From: an uncultured delta proteobacterium
GTDB taxonomy: Bacteria; Desulfobacterota; Binatia; Binatales; Binataceae
DNA length: 64,000 bases
Reading direction: 5' to 3'
Assembly (NCBI GenBank): GCA_963724765.1
Contig: CAVRVY010000004.1
Location: 32,001 to 96,000, forward strand
Every line of letters starts with the position of its first letter. The stretch's first letter is position 1. The position numbers and the translations under genes were made by a program. Under the pieces are notes generated by a model, which was not told the DNA's origin, did no database searches, and saw only the letters and a program-made list of their open reading frames with translations. Shown in pieces: positions 8,679 to 19,562 of this stretch.

Positions 8679-11663
8679 ATGCGGCGCATCGCGCCGTTGT
8701 GGATGTTCGCATCGCTGATGCTTTTGGCGCTCGCCGGCGTATGCGCAGCGGCGGGCGCGCCTACTGCGGCGCCGGCGCAGACCGGCAAGCTGCCCGGAAT
8801 GATCTCCGGCCTGCTGCTGCTCGCGCTGCTTTGCTATTCGATTTACGTCTTGGCCGCTCCGCTACTGAAGGATCGCGACCGTTCGCTGATGTGGGCGCTC
8901 GCGATTCTGCTCGCAGTCGCGATCGTCAAACTCGCGCTGCTGCCGTGGTTTGACGGCTACAAAAACGACGTCTCCAGCTACGAATCGTGGGCGCTCGAGA
9001 TGGCCTCCGGGGGCCCCGCGGGCATCTATCGCGCCGGCTACTTTCTCGACTATCCGCCCGGCTACCTCTACGCGCTGTGGCTTGCTGGAATTATCGCGCA
9101 AGCGACCGGCGCGGCGGGTGTCATGCTCAGGATGATCGTCGAAGCTCCGGCGCTGGTGGCCGACTTCGCGCTCGCTCTGCTGGTTTTTATTTTCGTCCGG
9201 CGCACCGCGCCGGCGCGGCGCACGGCGGCCTACGTCGCGATGCTGCTGGTGGCGCTGAATCCGGCGCTCGGCTTCGACACGATCGTGTGGGGCCAGAGCG
9301 ACTCGGCCCTGACCGTTGTGATCATGCTGAGCGCGGCGCTGGCGCTCGACGGCGAGTTCGAACTGGCCTGGGGCGTGGCCGTGCTAAGCGTGCTGGTGAA
9401 GCCGCAGGCGCTGATGTACGTACCCGTGCTCGGATTGTGGACGTGGCTCAAACTGCCGTACGAGCAATGGTGGCGTTCGGCACTGGCCGCCGTGGTCGTG
9501 GCCGTGGTGGGAGTGCTGCCATTTCAGTTCGGCCATCCCTGGTACTGGATTATCGAGCTGTATCATTCGACCGCGGCGTATTATTCCGAGACTTCCGTTA
9601 ACGCGTTCAACCTGATGGCGCTTATGGGCGGGCTACGCAGGCCGGACGCCGGCACCATCGCGGGCCTGTCGTATTTCAGTCTCGGAATGGGGCTGCTCGT
9701 GCCGCTCTACGCGTTTATCGGATGGCGGCTTTGGAATGAGCGCGCGCCGTGCGGCCTGATGTTCGCGATTTTCGCGGCGGTGTTTGGATTCTTCATGCTC
9801 GCGCCGCGGATGCACGAGCGCTACCTTTACGCGAGTCTGGTTTTCGCCGCGCCGCTCGCGGTGGAAGGCGCGGAAATGGCGACCGTGTTCGCGATCCTCA
9901 CGGCCACCTGCCTGTTCAACCTCGCCTATGTGCTGCACATACTCGACACCACCGTATTTCTCGATTCGCGCGACACTCTCGCGATGTTGGCGTCGGCGAT
10001 AAACGTCGTGGCTTTTGCGCTGGCGGTCGACTATGGCCTCGGCCTGGCCGATGGTGCAGGACCGCTCTGGCGGAAGCTTGTTCCGCATAGTAGCCGGCCG
10101 GACCGGCTGAGCGCGGACTTCACGGATGCCCACCCGCGCCGGGACGGGGCCTTAAAGGACGCGGCTTCAAAGGACGCCCCTTCAATCGAGCGCGCGCCCG
10201 AACCGCTGATCGCTATTCCATGGTTGCGCGCCGACACGATAGTGCTGGCGGCGCTGGTCGCCGCCGCCGCCGCGACCCGCCTTTGGCATCTCGGACATCC
10301 GGCGGAGATCGTCTTCGACGAGGTTCACTTCGTGGCGCAGGCCCGCCATTACATCCGCGCCGAGCCGTTCCTCGACCCGCATCCGCCACTGGCGAAGCTG
10401 GTGATCGCGGCCGGCATCCTGCTCTTCGGCGACCATCCGTGGAGCTGGCGGATCGGCAACGCGCTCATCGGAATTCTGCTGGTCGCGCTGACCTACATGC
10501 TGGGGCGGCGGCTGTTCGCCTCGCGCCTGGCGGGCGCGCTCGCGGCTTCGTTCATCATCTGCGACGGGATGTTCCTGGTGGACTCGCGCATCGCGGTGAT
10601 CGATATCGTCTATCTGACATTCGCCGCGTGGTCGTACCTGCTGCTGTTCCGCTTCGCCGAGTCGAGTGGTCATCGCGACCGCCGCCGCGCCCTGGCCGCG
10701 ATGGGCATTACGCTGGGACTGTGCCTGGGCTCGAAACTATATGTCCCAGGGGTGACATTCCTTTTGTGCACGGGCTTCGCAGCCTATTTCGTCATGGCCA
10801 CTGTGCGCTCCCAGCGCGCCGCGCCGCTGGCCGCGCGCACCTGGCGGGCGGCGGGTGCGCTGTTGATAGTCGGATCGTTGAGCGCGGCGTTTTACATCGC
10901 GGTCTTCATGCCGCATTTCTTGCTTGGATGGTGGGCCGGGATCGCGGACCTCTTCCACTACTACGGCGACGTGATGTGGTACGAAGCCAGCGTCAAGAAC
11001 GCGACCCATCCGTATGCCTCGCCGTGGTGGAGTTGGCCGCTGATGCTGCGGCCGATCGCGTACTGGCAAAACTTTCCGCCGCAGGGCAAAGTTGCGACGA
11101 TCTGGGGCGGCGGAAATCCACTTCTGTGGTGGAGCGCGCTGACCGCAATCACGATCACCGCCGTGCGCGCGCTGGAACGGCCGAACCCGGCGCGCACGTT
11201 CCTGGTCGTTGGCTACCTTTCGTATCTCGTGATGTGGATGCCGGTCGGGCGCACGCTGTTCCTGTATCACTATATGCCGTCGGTCTACCTGGGCTATCTG
11301 GCGCTGGCGGCGATCGTCGCCGATGCGTGGCGGGGCGAGGCCGAGATGTGGGAATGCGCCGCGCTGCTGGTAACGATGGTACCGGCGTGCCTTTTGGGAC
11401 TTGGCTTTTGGGCGGGGCTGCTGCCGAGTGCCGCGCTGGCGCTGTTGGCGATCTACCTGCTCGCTACAGAAATAGCTCCCGGCAGCCTTCCCGATTTCGA
11501 GCCTGCGCGATGGGCGCCGCGGCTGGTCGCGGTCCTGTTCGTGATCGCGGCGGTCAGCCTGTTCGTCTACTACTTTCCGATCTGGACAGGAATTTCGATC
11601 GATCGCGCGGGTTACTATAGGCGGATGTGGTTGCAAGGTCCGGGGCTGCGCAACTGGATATGA
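8679..11663 (+). CDS. Fused double GT-C glycosyltransferase (N-terminal DYPPG-type plus C-terminal PMT/GT39)
   Basis: DYPPGYLY, WGQSD, MHERY motifs, then FDEVHF, DPHPPLAK, HPYASPWWSWP, FLYHY; many TM helices; start uncertain. Confidence 0.85.
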   Translation: MRRIAPLWMFASLMLLALAGVCAAAGAPTAAPAQTGKLPGMISGLLLLALLCYSIYVLAAPLLKDRDRSLMWALAILLAVAIVKLALLPWFDGYKNDVSSYESWALEMASGGPAGIYRAGYFLDYPPGYLYALWLAGIIAQATGAAGVMLRMIVEAPALVADFALALLVFIFVRRTAPARRTAAYVAMLLVALNPALGFDTIVWGQSDSALTVVIMLSAALALDGEFELAWGVAVLSVLVKPQALMYVPVLGLWTWLKLPYEQWWRSALAAVVVAVVGVLPFQFGHPWYWIIELYHSTAAYYSETSVNAFNLMALMGGLRRPDAGTIAGLSYFSLGMGLLVPLYAFIGWRLWNERAPCGLMFAIFAAVFGFFMLAPRMHERYLYASLVFAAPLAVEGAEMATVFAILTATCLFNLAYVLHILDTTVFLDSRDTLAMLASAINVVAFALAVDYGLGLADGAGPLWRKLVPHSSRPDRLSADFTDAHPRRDGALKDAASKDAPSIERAPEPLIAIPWLRADTIVLAALVAAAAATRLWHLGHPAEIVFDEVHFVAQARHYIRAEPFLDPHPPLAKLVIAAGILLFGDHPWSWRIGNALIGILLVALTYMLGRRLFASRLAGALAASFIICDGMFLVDSRIAVIDIVYLTFAAWSYLLLFRFAESSGHRDRRRALAAMGITLGLCLGSKLYVPGVTFLLCTGFAAYFVMATVRSQRAAPLAARTWRAAGALLIVGSLSAAFYIAVFMPHFLLGWWAGIADLFHYYGDVMWYEASVKNATHPYASPWWSWPLMLRPIAYWQNFPPQGKVATIWGGGNPLLWWSALTAITITAVRALERPNPARTFLVVGYLSYLVMWMPVGRTLFLYHYMPSVYLGYLALAAIVADAWRGEAEMWECAALLVTMVPACLLGLGFWAGLLPSAALALLAIYLLATEIAPGSLPDFEPARWAPRLVAVLFVIAAVSLFVYYFPIWTGISIDRAGYYRRMWLQGPGLRNWI

Positions 11664-12571
11664 GTATGCGCGTGAAGGCCGCATTAGCTATCGTCGCCGG
11701 TATCGCGATCGAATTCGCAATCGCAATCGTTATCGCTATCGGGATGGTGCCGCTCGCGAGCACCTGTTGCCGCGCCGCCGCGAGCGCGCCGCTTTCAGGC
11801 AGCGCCCAAACGACGGGCGTCACTGCCGCGTCACCAACGGCCAGCGCCGGCGCCACGGGGGTTCCGGCCGGGCCCAATCTGCTTTCCAATGGCGACTTCG
11901 CGAAGGGCGCTGGTAAATCGCCCGACCACTGGCGCACCGGCGGATGGAACGAGTCGCCGGCGTTCACGACCTACGACTGGCTGCACACCGACGGCAGCGA
12001 GCCGGAGTTGGTCGTCAACAACCTTCAGGCCAACGACGCGCGATGGCTCCAGACGCTGACCCTCGGGCCGGGATGGTATTACGTCGGCGCCGAGGCGCGC
12101 ACCGAGGAGGTCCCGCTCAACGCCGCCGGCGCGAGCGTGAGTCTCGACGAGGACAGTATCAATTCCCCGGATCTCCATGGCGCCGCCGACTGGCAGAGGC
12201 TTGGCTTGTATCTCAAGGTCGGCGCGCACGGCGCGGACGTCGACGTCGCGCTCAGGCTCGGCGGCTTCGGCAGCCTCAACACGGGCCGCGCATACTTCCG
12301 CAAGGCGCGCGTGGTGAAACTCGACGCGCTGCCCGCGAACGCGGCGCCCGTATTCGATCTCAGCGTCGTGCGGCGGAGCCTGGTGGCGCCGCCGGTGGGC
12401 AGACCGTGGACGCTGGTGGCCGTGTTCATGCTGCTGGCGATCGTGACGGTGGTCGGATGGATTATCTATGGCGCCGACGATCTCGCGCCGGCGCCGACCA
12501 AAACCGAGCCGCCGCGACCGATGACGAGGAGCGAGCGCCGCCGCCAGGATGCTGCCCGCCGCCGCCGCTGA
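11660..12571 (+). CDS. Membrane-anchored protein with putative carbohydrate-binding (CBM4/9-like) domain
   Basis: ATGA overlap with the GT gene; NLLSNGDF motif; N- and C-terminal hydrophobic helices. Confidence 0.65.
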   Translation: MSMRVKAALAIVAGIAIEFAIAIVIAIGMVPLASTCCRAAASAPLSGSAQTTGVTAASPTASAGATGVPAGPNLLSNGDFAKGAGKSPDHWRTGGWNESPAFTTYDWLHTDGSEPELVVNNLQANDARWLQTLTLGPGWYYVGAEARTEEVPLNAAGASVSLDEDSINSPDLHGAADWQRLGLYLKVGAHGADVDVALRLGGFGSLNTGRAYFRKARVVKLDALPANAAPVFDLSVVRRSLVAPPVGRPWTLVAVFMLLAIVTVVGWIIYGADDLAPAPTKTEPPRPMTRSERRRQDAARRRR

Positions 12572-12592
12572 AATTCCGTAACGCGGCTTTCC

Positions 12593-13678
12593 TCAGCCCT
12601 GCTGCGGCAGCAACGCCGCGCGCGTCACCTCGCGCCGCTCGCTCTTGTCCAGCGCTTCGGCCGCCCTCGAGAGCGGAAAGGTCGCGTCGCACAGCTCGCG
12701 GTACGGATAGCGGTCGATATGCATCGCGAGGAAGTCGAGCGACTTCTTGAGATAGTTCGGCGGATACATCACCACGCCGATTATCTCCAGCGACTTGAAC
12801 GTCACCCGCCACGGCGCGATTGGCGCGGTCAGCGCGGGCGAGATGTTGCCGATTTCGATCACCCGGCCGCCGATCGAGGCAAGTTCGAGCGCGTCGACGA
12901 ACGCCTCGGGCACACCGGCGACTTCGATTACGACGTCGGGCGCGCCGCCGATAAGCTCGCGAATCCACTTCTGGCGCGCGTCGGCCGTCGCATACTGGCG
13001 CAGATCGATCGTGGCGTCGGCGCCGAACTTTAGCGCCTCTTCGAGCCGATGCTCGACCCCGTCGATCGCGATTACGTGCGCCCCGCGCGCCTTCGCGAGC
13101 GCCATCGCATGCAACCCCAGTCCGCCCGCGCCCTGCACCACCAGGCTCTCGCCGTAACGCACGCGGGCCTTGTCCAGACCCCAGTAAACCTGCGACATCG
13201 CGCAGTTGGCCGACGCCGCGACCAGGTCGGGCACGTTGTCAGGGATGCGGTAGAAGTTCTGGTTGGCGCGTACGATGTAGTGCGTAGCGAAGGTCGAAGT
13301 GAAGTGCGGCGCTTCGCTGGGATGGCGCACGCCGAAGCCTTTGTTGGTGCACGCGGCCTGGTTGCCCACGACGCAATTCGAGCATCGGTTGCACACCGAG
13401 TAATACACCGGCGCGATGCGGTCGCCGGCCTTGACCGGCACTCCCGCCCAATCGGTCTTCACCCCGTCGCCCAACGCATCGATGCGCCCGGCCATCTCAT
13501 GGCCCGGCGCGATGCCGTGGCGCCCACCGAACTCGCCGCGCCACATGTGGACCTCAGAGCCGCAGACGTTGCTCTGGGTAACCTCGGCGATAAGACCGCC
13601 GGGCGGTGGGGCCGGAACGTCGTATTCATGGAACTCGATCTTGTGCTCGCCGGGGATAAAGGCGATTTTTCCTTTCAT
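12593..13678 (-). CDS. Zinc-binding alcohol dehydrogenase (MDR family)
   Basis: CGSEVH, GHE, CxxCxxC...C, GAGGLG. Confidence 0.92.
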   Translation of the reverse strand: MKGKIAFIPGEHKIEFHEYDVPAPPPGGLIAEVTQSNVCGSEVHMWRGEFGGRHGIAPGHEMAGRIDALGDGVKTDWAGVPVKAGDRIAPVYYSVCNRCSNCVVGNQAACTNKGFGVRHPSEAPHFTSTFATHYIVRANQNFYRIPDNVPDLVAASANCAMSQVYWGLDKARVRYGESLVVQGAGGLGLHAMALAKARGAHVIAIDGVEHRLEEALKFGADATIDLRQYATADARQKWIRELIGGAPDVVIEVAGVPEAFVDALELASIGGRVIEIGNISPALTAPIAPWRVTFKSLEIIGVVMYPPNYLKKSLDFLAMHIDRYPYRELCDATFPLSRAAEALDKSERREVTRAALLPQQG

Positions 13679-13797
13679 CTCACTGACTCCTTGATGGGCT
13701 TGGTCCGCGCGCCAGTTGCGTAGCGCGAACCGCTTGATCGTGATGTTGGGTTTCGCTTTCCCAATGAGCAATGTCAAGGGTGACGATCGTCGCGCCA

Positions 13798-14322
13798 CTA
13801 GCTCGCCGGCTTGACGTAGGTGGGGCGATGGAGTGTGGCGGCTTCCTCGGCGACTTGCTTGAGCAGACGTGCCTCGGCTTTGCCGCGCGAGACGCATTGG
13901 ATGTCGCGCGGCGGATGGAGTGGAACATAGAGCGGCGCGCTGAAGGTCGCCTGCACGCTGACGGTACTTGCCTCGTGGCCCTTGGGCTTGACCTTGAAGT
14001 AGTAGACCACGGTCGCGGCGCGGTCGGGCACGGCGGCGTATTTGCTGCTGACGCCTTTGAGCTTGCCGCAGTCGGCGTCCTCGAGCGTGAATTGATTCGT
14101 CTCGGTCTCGACGATGCCTTGGTTGGGGTCGTCGGCATTGACGCGGAGCTTGTTGTCCCTGATTACATTGTGCACGGCGTCCCAGACCAGGTCGTAAGGC
14201 TGCCCGAGTGTGATCATGTCCTTGCTCGGGGCGGGAGGCTTCTGCGTCGGCGGATAGAAACATCCGCTCGCCATTGAGGCCATCCCGAGGGCCATCACGG
14301 CCCATCGTCGTACCAGCGTCAT
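13798..14322 (-). CDS. Hypothetical lipoprotein
   Basis: Lipobox-like ASGC; GC-rich codon usage. Confidence 0.7.
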   Translation of the reverse strand: MTLVRRWAVMALGMASMASGCFYPPTQKPPAPSKDMITLGQPYDLVWDAVHNVIRDNKLRVNADDPNQGIVETETNQFTLEDADCGKLKGVSSKYAAVPDRAATVVYYFKVKPKGHEASTVSVQATFSAPLYVPLHPPRDIQCVSRGKAEARLLKQVAEEAATLHRPTYVKPAS

Positions 14323-14543
14323 CGTTACGGTCGCGCACTCATTCCAAATTTATTCTGGCCAAATCGGTTCTGGCCAATTCTATTCCGGCCTTTCAGCGGG
14401 CGCCCCATTTCAGCCGACGGGACGGGTCCGGTGCAACGGTTTTGGCCCGCAGGCAAATTAATGGCTCCCCCGCGATGTGCCGATGTGGTAGGCTGACGGC
14501 GGGGCGGACGGCCACGATGGGCCGCGCCCGCGGGGCGTTACCA

Positions 14544-15296
14544 ATGTCGGGTCATTCAAAATGGAGTTCGATTAAGCATAAGAAAGCGGCGCGCGACTCC
14601 AAGCGCGGCAAGCTTTTTACCAAACTTATCAAGGAAATCACTATAGCGGCGCGCCTGGGGGGCGGCGACATCAATTCGAACCCGCGCCTGCGCACCGCGG
14701 TCACCACTGCGCGCGCGCAATCGATGCCCAATGACAATATCGATCGCGCGATCAAAAAGGGCACCGGCGAGCTCGGCGGCGGGCAGCTCGATGAAGTGGT
14801 CTACGAGGGTTACGGGCCGGGCGGCGTCGCGATCATCGCCGACGTGCTGACCGACAACCGCAATCGCGTGGTCGCCGAGCTGCGCTTCATTCTCTCGCGC
14901 CACGGCGGCAACCTTGGCGAGTCGAATTGCGTGGGCTGGATGTTCAAGAAGCGTGGCGTGATTACGGTCGAGCGCAGCGCGATCGATGAAGACCGCCTGA
15001 TGGAGCTTGCGCTGGAGGCCGGCGCCGACGATGTCGTCGCTGACAGCGAAACTTTCCAGGTGATGACCGCGCCCGAGGCGTTCGGCGCCGTGCGTGACGC
15101 GCTGGACGCGGCCAGGATTCCGATGGTCAGCGCCGAGGTGGTCAAGACTCCCGAGAATACGGTGCGGGTCTCCGGCCATACCGCCGAGCAGGTGCTGAAA
15201 TTGATGGAGGAGCTCGAGGACCATGAAGAGGTCCAGAGCGTCGCCTCCAACTTCGACATCAGCGACGAGGAATTGGCGCAGTTCTCGGCGGCCTAG
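14544..15296 (+). CDS. yebC: YebC/PmpR family protein
   Basis: MSGHSKW start, YEGYGPGG, TDNRNR. Confidence 0.95.
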   Translation: MSGHSKWSSIKHKKAARDSKRGKLFTKLIKEITIAARLGGGDINSNPRLRTAVTTARAQSMPNDNIDRAIKKGTGELGGGQLDEVVYEGYGPGGVAIIADVLTDNRNRVVAELRFILSRHGGNLGESNCVGWMFKKRGVITVERSAIDEDRLMELALEAGADDVVADSETFQVMTAPEAFGAVRDALDAARIPMVSAEVVKTPENTVRVSGHTAEQVLKLMEELEDHEEVQSVASNFDISDEELAQFSAA

Positions 15297-15359
15297 ATTT
15301 TCCGCCTCGCGGGTAAGTGGCTCGTGCCAGCAGGTGGCTCGAGCGAAGAGCTGGTGGTG

Positions 15360-15899
15360 ATGCGGGTGATAGGGCGGGTGATAGGAGTGGACCCGGGCAA
15401 CGTGGTGACCGGGTTCGGCGTGATCGAGGGCAGCGTCGCCCATCCGGCCCATATTGCGGCAGGCACGATTCGTCCCGCGGCCGCATTGCGCGGCGGCGAG
15501 CGCCTCAAGACCATCCACGACCGCCTGCTCGACATTATCGACCAGTACGCGCCGGCCGCGATGAGCCTGGAGCGCAGCTTCGTCGCGGCCAACGTGCAAA
15601 GCGCGTTTCGCCTGGGCGAGGCGCGCGCGATGGCGATGCTGGCGGCGGCGGCGCGCGGCCTGGTGCTGTTCGAGTACACGCCCAACCAGGTCAAGCTGAC
15701 AGTCGCCGGCCACGGCCACGCCGACAAGGCGCAGGTCAAGTTCATGGTGCGCCGCGCGCTCGGCGTGGGCGAGGAAATCGCGCTCGCCGACGACGCCTCC
15801 GACGCGCTCGCGATCGCGCTTTGCCATCTGCTCTGCGCGCGTGTTACGGCGGTGGTCGCCGCGAGCGTGCAGGACAAGCACAAGGCGGGCGCCAGATAG
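15360..15899 (+). CDS. ruvC: Holliday junction resolvase RuvC
   Basis: IGVDPG, LGEAR, GHADKAQV, DDASDALA. Confidence 0.93.
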   Translation: MRVIGRVIGVDPGNVVTGFGVIEGSVAHPAHIAAGTIRPAAALRGGERLKTIHDRLLDIIDQYAPAAMSLERSFVAANVQSAFRLGEARAMAMLAAAARGLVLFEYTPNQVKLTVAGHGHADKAQVKFMVRRALGVGEEIALADDASDALAIALCHLLCARVTAVVAASVQDKHKAGAR

Positions 15900-15931
15900 G
15901 AATCAAATAATCCGATGCGGATGGACGCGAA

Positions 15932-16564
15932 ATGATTGCCAGCCTAAGCGGCAGGCTAAAGCAGCGTGACGCCGGGCGGGTGGTGATCGAAACCGGCGGC
16001 GTCGGCTACGAGGTCTTCATCCCGCTTGCGACCTACTATCGCCTGCCCTCGTTGGGTGCGCCGGTCGCGCTGGAGATTCGCCAGGTGGTGCGCGAGGAGG
16101 CGCTCACGTTGTATGGGTTTTTCACCGCGGCCGAGAAGCAGGCCTTCGACCTCCTGATGCTGGTGCAGCACGTCGGCCCCAAGCTCGCGCTCGCGATACT
16201 TTCGGTGCTGTCGCCTGATGAACTGGTGAACGCGATCGCCCGCGAAGACGTGGAACGGCTCGACGCCGTTCCGGGCGTGGGGGCAAAGGTTGCCGAGCGC
16301 GTGGTGCGCGAGTTGCGCGACAAGACCGCGGAGCTGAAGCTGGTCGCCGCCGAACGCGTCGAGGAACTTGACGGCGCGGTCGACGGCGCCGAGGCCGGAG
16401 CGTCGGAGCTCGATGACGCAGTTTCCGCGCTGGTCAACCTGGGCTACAAACCAATCCACGCGCGCCGGGCCGTCGACGCGGCGGCGGCGCGCGGCGGCGG
16501 CGCGAAGCGCGAGCTCGAAGTGATAATCCGCGAATCGCTCGCGGTGCTGGCTGGTGAGAGATAA
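15932..16564 (+). CDS. ruvA: Holliday junction DNA helicase subunit RuvA
   Basis: MIASLSG, GGVGYEV, LYGF, HhH motifs. Confidence 0.95.
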   Translation: MIASLSGRLKQRDAGRVVIETGGVGYEVFIPLATYYRLPSLGAPVALEIRQVVREEALTLYGFFTAAEKQAFDLLMLVQHVGPKLALAILSVLSPDELVNAIAREDVERLDAVPGVGAKVAERVVRELRDKTAELKLVAAERVEELDGAVDGAEAGASELDDAVSALVNLGYKPIHARRAVDAAAARGGGAKRELEVIIRESLAVLAGER

Positions 16565-17600
16565 ACCAGACACGTTGGAGGCCGAGGCCGCCGAAGCGGC
16601 ACGCCTGGCGGCGGCGGGCCAGAGCGAGGAGGATCGCGCGCTCGACCTCTCGTTGCGCCCGCGCGTACTCGGCGAGTTCGTCGGCCAGGAGCGCACGCGG
16701 AAAATTCTCGGCATGTCGATCGAGGCGGCGCGCCAGCGCGGCGAAGTGCTCGACCACGTGCTTTTCTCCGGACCGCCCGGACTGGGCAAGACCTCGCTCG
16801 CCCATATAATCGCGCGCGAGCGCGGCGTCAGCATGCGCTCGACCTCGGGACCGGCGATCGAGCGAGCCGGCGACCTGGCCGCGATCGTCAGCGGCCTGGA
16901 TGAGGGCGACGTGCTGTTTATCGATGAGATTCATCGCCTCGCCCGCCCGGTCGAAGAGGTGCTGTACCCGGCGATGGAGGATTTTGAGCTCAACATCGTG
17001 GTCGGCAAGGGGATGGGCGCGCGCACGATGCCGCTGGCGGTAAAGCCGTTTACGCTGGTCGGCGCGACCACGCGCTCGGGCCTGTTGAGCGCGCCGCTGC
17101 GCGATCGCTTCGGCCAGCATTTTCACCTGGATTTCTACGAGCGCGACGAGCTGACCGAGATTGTCGCGCGCTCGGCGCGGCTGCTCGGCGTCAGGGTGAA
17201 CGACGACGGCGCGCGCGAGATCGCGGGCCGTGCGCGCGGCACACCGCGCGTCGCCAACCGGTTGCTGCGCCGCGTGCGCGACTTCGCCCAGGTCAACGAG
17301 GCCGCCACGGTGACGCGCGAAGTCGCGGTCGGCGCGCTCGAGTTGCTGGAGATCGACGCCTGCGGCTTCGACCGGATGGACCGCGCGATCCTGGCCGCGA
17401 TCATCGACAAGTTCGACGGCGGGCCCGTCGGAGTCGAGAGCCTGGCGGCGGCGGTGGGCGAGGAGGCCGACACTATCGGCGAAGTCTACGAGCCTTACCT
17501 GCTGCAGGAGGGATTTATTGCGCGCACCGCACGCGGCCGCGTCGCGACCGCACGCGCCTACAGCCACCTCGGCCGCACCCGCCGCGGCACGCTACTCTAG
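16554..17600 (+). CDS. ruvB: Holliday junction DNA helicase subunit RuvB
   Basis: [25 protein letters not shown]. Confidence 0.97.
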   Translation: MRDKPDTLEAEAAEAARLAAAGQSEEDRALDLSLRPRVLGEFVGQERTRKILGMSIEAARQRGEVLDHVLFSGPPGLGKTSLAHIIARERGVSMRSTSGPAIERAGDLAAIVSGLDEGDVLFIDEIHRLARPVEEVLYPAMEDFELNIVVGKGMGARTMPLAVKPFTLVGATTRSGLLSAPLRDRFGQHFHLDFYERDELTEIVARSARLLGVRVNDDGAREIAGRARGTPRVANRLLRRVRDFAQVNEAATVTREVAVGALELLEIDACGFDRMDRAILAAIIDKFDGGPVGVESLAAAVGEEADTIGEVYEPYLLQEGFIARTARGRVATARAYSHLGRTRRGTLL

Positions 17601-17799
17601 ATCGCCGGTCAATGGCTTTTTCAGCCGGGAGTTTTTGCAGTCGCCGGCCGCTGTGGCGAAGCCTCGGCAATGCTTTCAGCGTTGAGCTGGAAGAAAAACA
17701 GCGAAGCGGGGTAGGCCACGAGGAAGCAGCGCGACCGGTCCATACAGCCGCAATCGCTTGCCGCCGCGGACTGTCCTGCTCGGCCGTTCGTCGGCTCGT

Positions 17800-18222
17800 C
17801 TATGCCGAGGGCGCGGACGAATTGTGGCGGCAGGCCGGGCAAGGACCCTTGATCCTGACCGCCTCGCCGGTGACCGAGATCGTCGATACCTCGGTGCCGC
17901 CGACCTTCGTGGTGACGAGAATGATCGCGTCGACCTGCTGGCCCCATCGCTCGATCGCCATCTCGCGCAGTTTCTCGTTGATGTGGTCGGTGTCGATGGT
18001 CTCGCCGCTGAGCGGATCGGTGTAGCTGAGTTCGCCAAGCTTCTCGTAGGGTTCGGTGAGGTCGCTGGTATAGATCATCAGCCTCAGACGATCCTGCTCA
18101 ACGTTGATCTTGTGCTGGACTTCCTGCTGCTGGACGTAAGACTGGCACGCAGCCATCAGGAACGTCGCAATAAATATCGGCCAGAACTTCGGCAGGGCCG
18201 CACATTCGACAGGTCTTTTCAT
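17800..18222 (-). CDS. Hypothetical lipoprotein (YbjQ-like small domain)
   Basis: Lipobox LMAAC; PYEKLG...VDAII pattern. Confidence 0.65.
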   Translation of the reverse strand: MKRPVECAALPKFWPIFIATFLMAACQSYVQQQEVQHKINVEQDRLRLMIYTSDLTEPYEKLGELSYTDPLSGETIDTDHINEKLREMAIERWGQQVDAIILVTTKVGGTEVSTISVTGEAVRIKGPCPACRHNSSAPSA

Positions 18223-18240
18223 AGCGGCCAGCGTCTGCGC

Positions 18241-18411
18241 CTAGCGCGGCGGCTTTCCGTTACGGCTCTTGTCGCGGCGGCTGTCTATCGCTTTGTTGCC
18301 GAGGCGCAGGATCAATTGACGCACTAAGATTGCCAGCACCACGACCGCGACGATGCGGATCACCGTTGGTACGTTGAAGGTGATTCCGCCGAACTGCTGT
18401 GTTCCGTCCAT
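18241..18411 (-). CDS. Small single-TM protein (56 aa, not in ORF track)
   Basis: MDGTQQFGGITFNVPTVIRIVAVVVLAILVRQLILRLG...; GGGAG upstream. Confidence 0.5.
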   Translation of the reverse strand: MDGTQQFGGITFNVPTVIRIVAVVVLAILVRQLILRLGNKAIDSRRDKSRNGKPPR

Positions 18412-18653
18412 CCGCGATAGCTCCCGATTTTGCCGCGTCCGAAATCAGCGCCGGCGTATCCAGACTAAGTAGCGCGAAAGTGCCGCTATCGAAAGCGCCG
18501 ATGCCGCTGCGGGCAACCCCCTCGCCGCGCCACGCGCCGCCGGATGAATCGAAATGCGCGACCCCTGCGTCATCGTTAATGCTCAATCCGGGCGCGCCGC
18601 CATTTTAATCCAGCGGCAGTTCGGCTAATAAGAGCTTCAGCGGGTTTGTTCGA

Positions 18654-19205
18654 ATGACGATGGCAAACAGAGGCCGCGCAGTGCTGGCCGCGATACTGGT
18701 CGCCACTGCGGCGTCGGGGTGGGGATGTGTCTCTCCGGCGGCGGTCAATCCCCCCATCGTGAGTACGACGCCGTTGGGAGTCGCTACGCGTCCGGCCAAG
18801 CCACCGGATTGCGCGATGCCGGTGCTGGACGTCATGCCGCTTGCCGATCATCAGCAGATAGCGCTGGTCGACGCGTGGGGTGACCTTGCCGCCAAGGACC
18901 AAGATCTGCTCACGTATATCAAACGCGAAGGTTGCCAGGTCGGCGCCGATGCCGTCGTGTTGACCTCTAAGCAGACGCAACACGAGGGCGACCTTGTGGG
19001 TGGGGCCGCGCCTGGCCGCTTTGGCAGCATCGGACCCGGCTCGGGGGAGACGCCCGAGGAAGGCGCGCACCTTGCCACTGATGTCGAGGGAGGCGGAAAG
19101 AAGCATCACGCCGTGGTGGGCGAAGCAGGCCATCCCGGTCACTTCATGGGCGGCATCGCAATCGTCTACATCAAGAACGGGAGCGTCCCGGGCAGTAACC
19201 AGTAA
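18654..19205 (+). CDS. Hypothetical lipoprotein
   Basis: Signal peptide ending GWGC; GCQVGADAVV motif. Confidence 0.7.
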   Translation: MTMANRGRAVLAAILVATAASGWGCVSPAAVNPPIVSTTPLGVATRPAKPPDCAMPVLDVMPLADHQQIALVDAWGDLAAKDQDLLTYIKREGCQVGADAVVLTSKQTQHEGDLVGGAAPGRFGSIGPGSGETPEEGAHLATDVEGGGKKHHAVVGEAGHPGHFMGGIAIVYIKNGSVPGSNQ

Positions 19206-19358
19206 AACGAGGTGACCGCCCTAGAATAACAAATAAAGATTAATATAGACAAAAATATTGACGACTCCTCTCCCATCAGGTTAAGATCGAGCGAACATTG
19301 CAGCGTGTCGCTTGGCCCGGCAGGTTGTATGCCGGTCCGGTGCGGAGGAGGTCCAAAG

Positions 19359-19562
19359 ATGGACAAGTCTGCCGCCATTCGGGTATTGCCCGGAAGCGTC
19401 GTCGTTTTTCGCGGACGCCGTCATCAGGTGATGAGCGCCAAGGCAGGTGCACAGAGCGAGGCGCCGTTCTTTCGTTTGCGCGACCTCGGCGACGGCGCGC
19501 TGACCGGACTCATCAGCCATAGGATGGTCGAAGCGGAAACGGATAAGACGACGCAGAACTGA
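19359..19562 (+). CDS. Small hypothetical protein
   Basis: Strong GGAGGAGG RBS before ATG 19359. Confidence 0.55.
   Translation: MDKSAAIRVLPGSVVVFRGRRHQVMSAKAGAQSEAPFFRLRDLGDGALTGLISHRMVEAETDKTTQN

Noticed and set aside
18260-18586. 108-aa minus-strand ORF
   Set aside because: An overlapping 56-aa TM ORF with RBS (18241..18411) looks more protein-like
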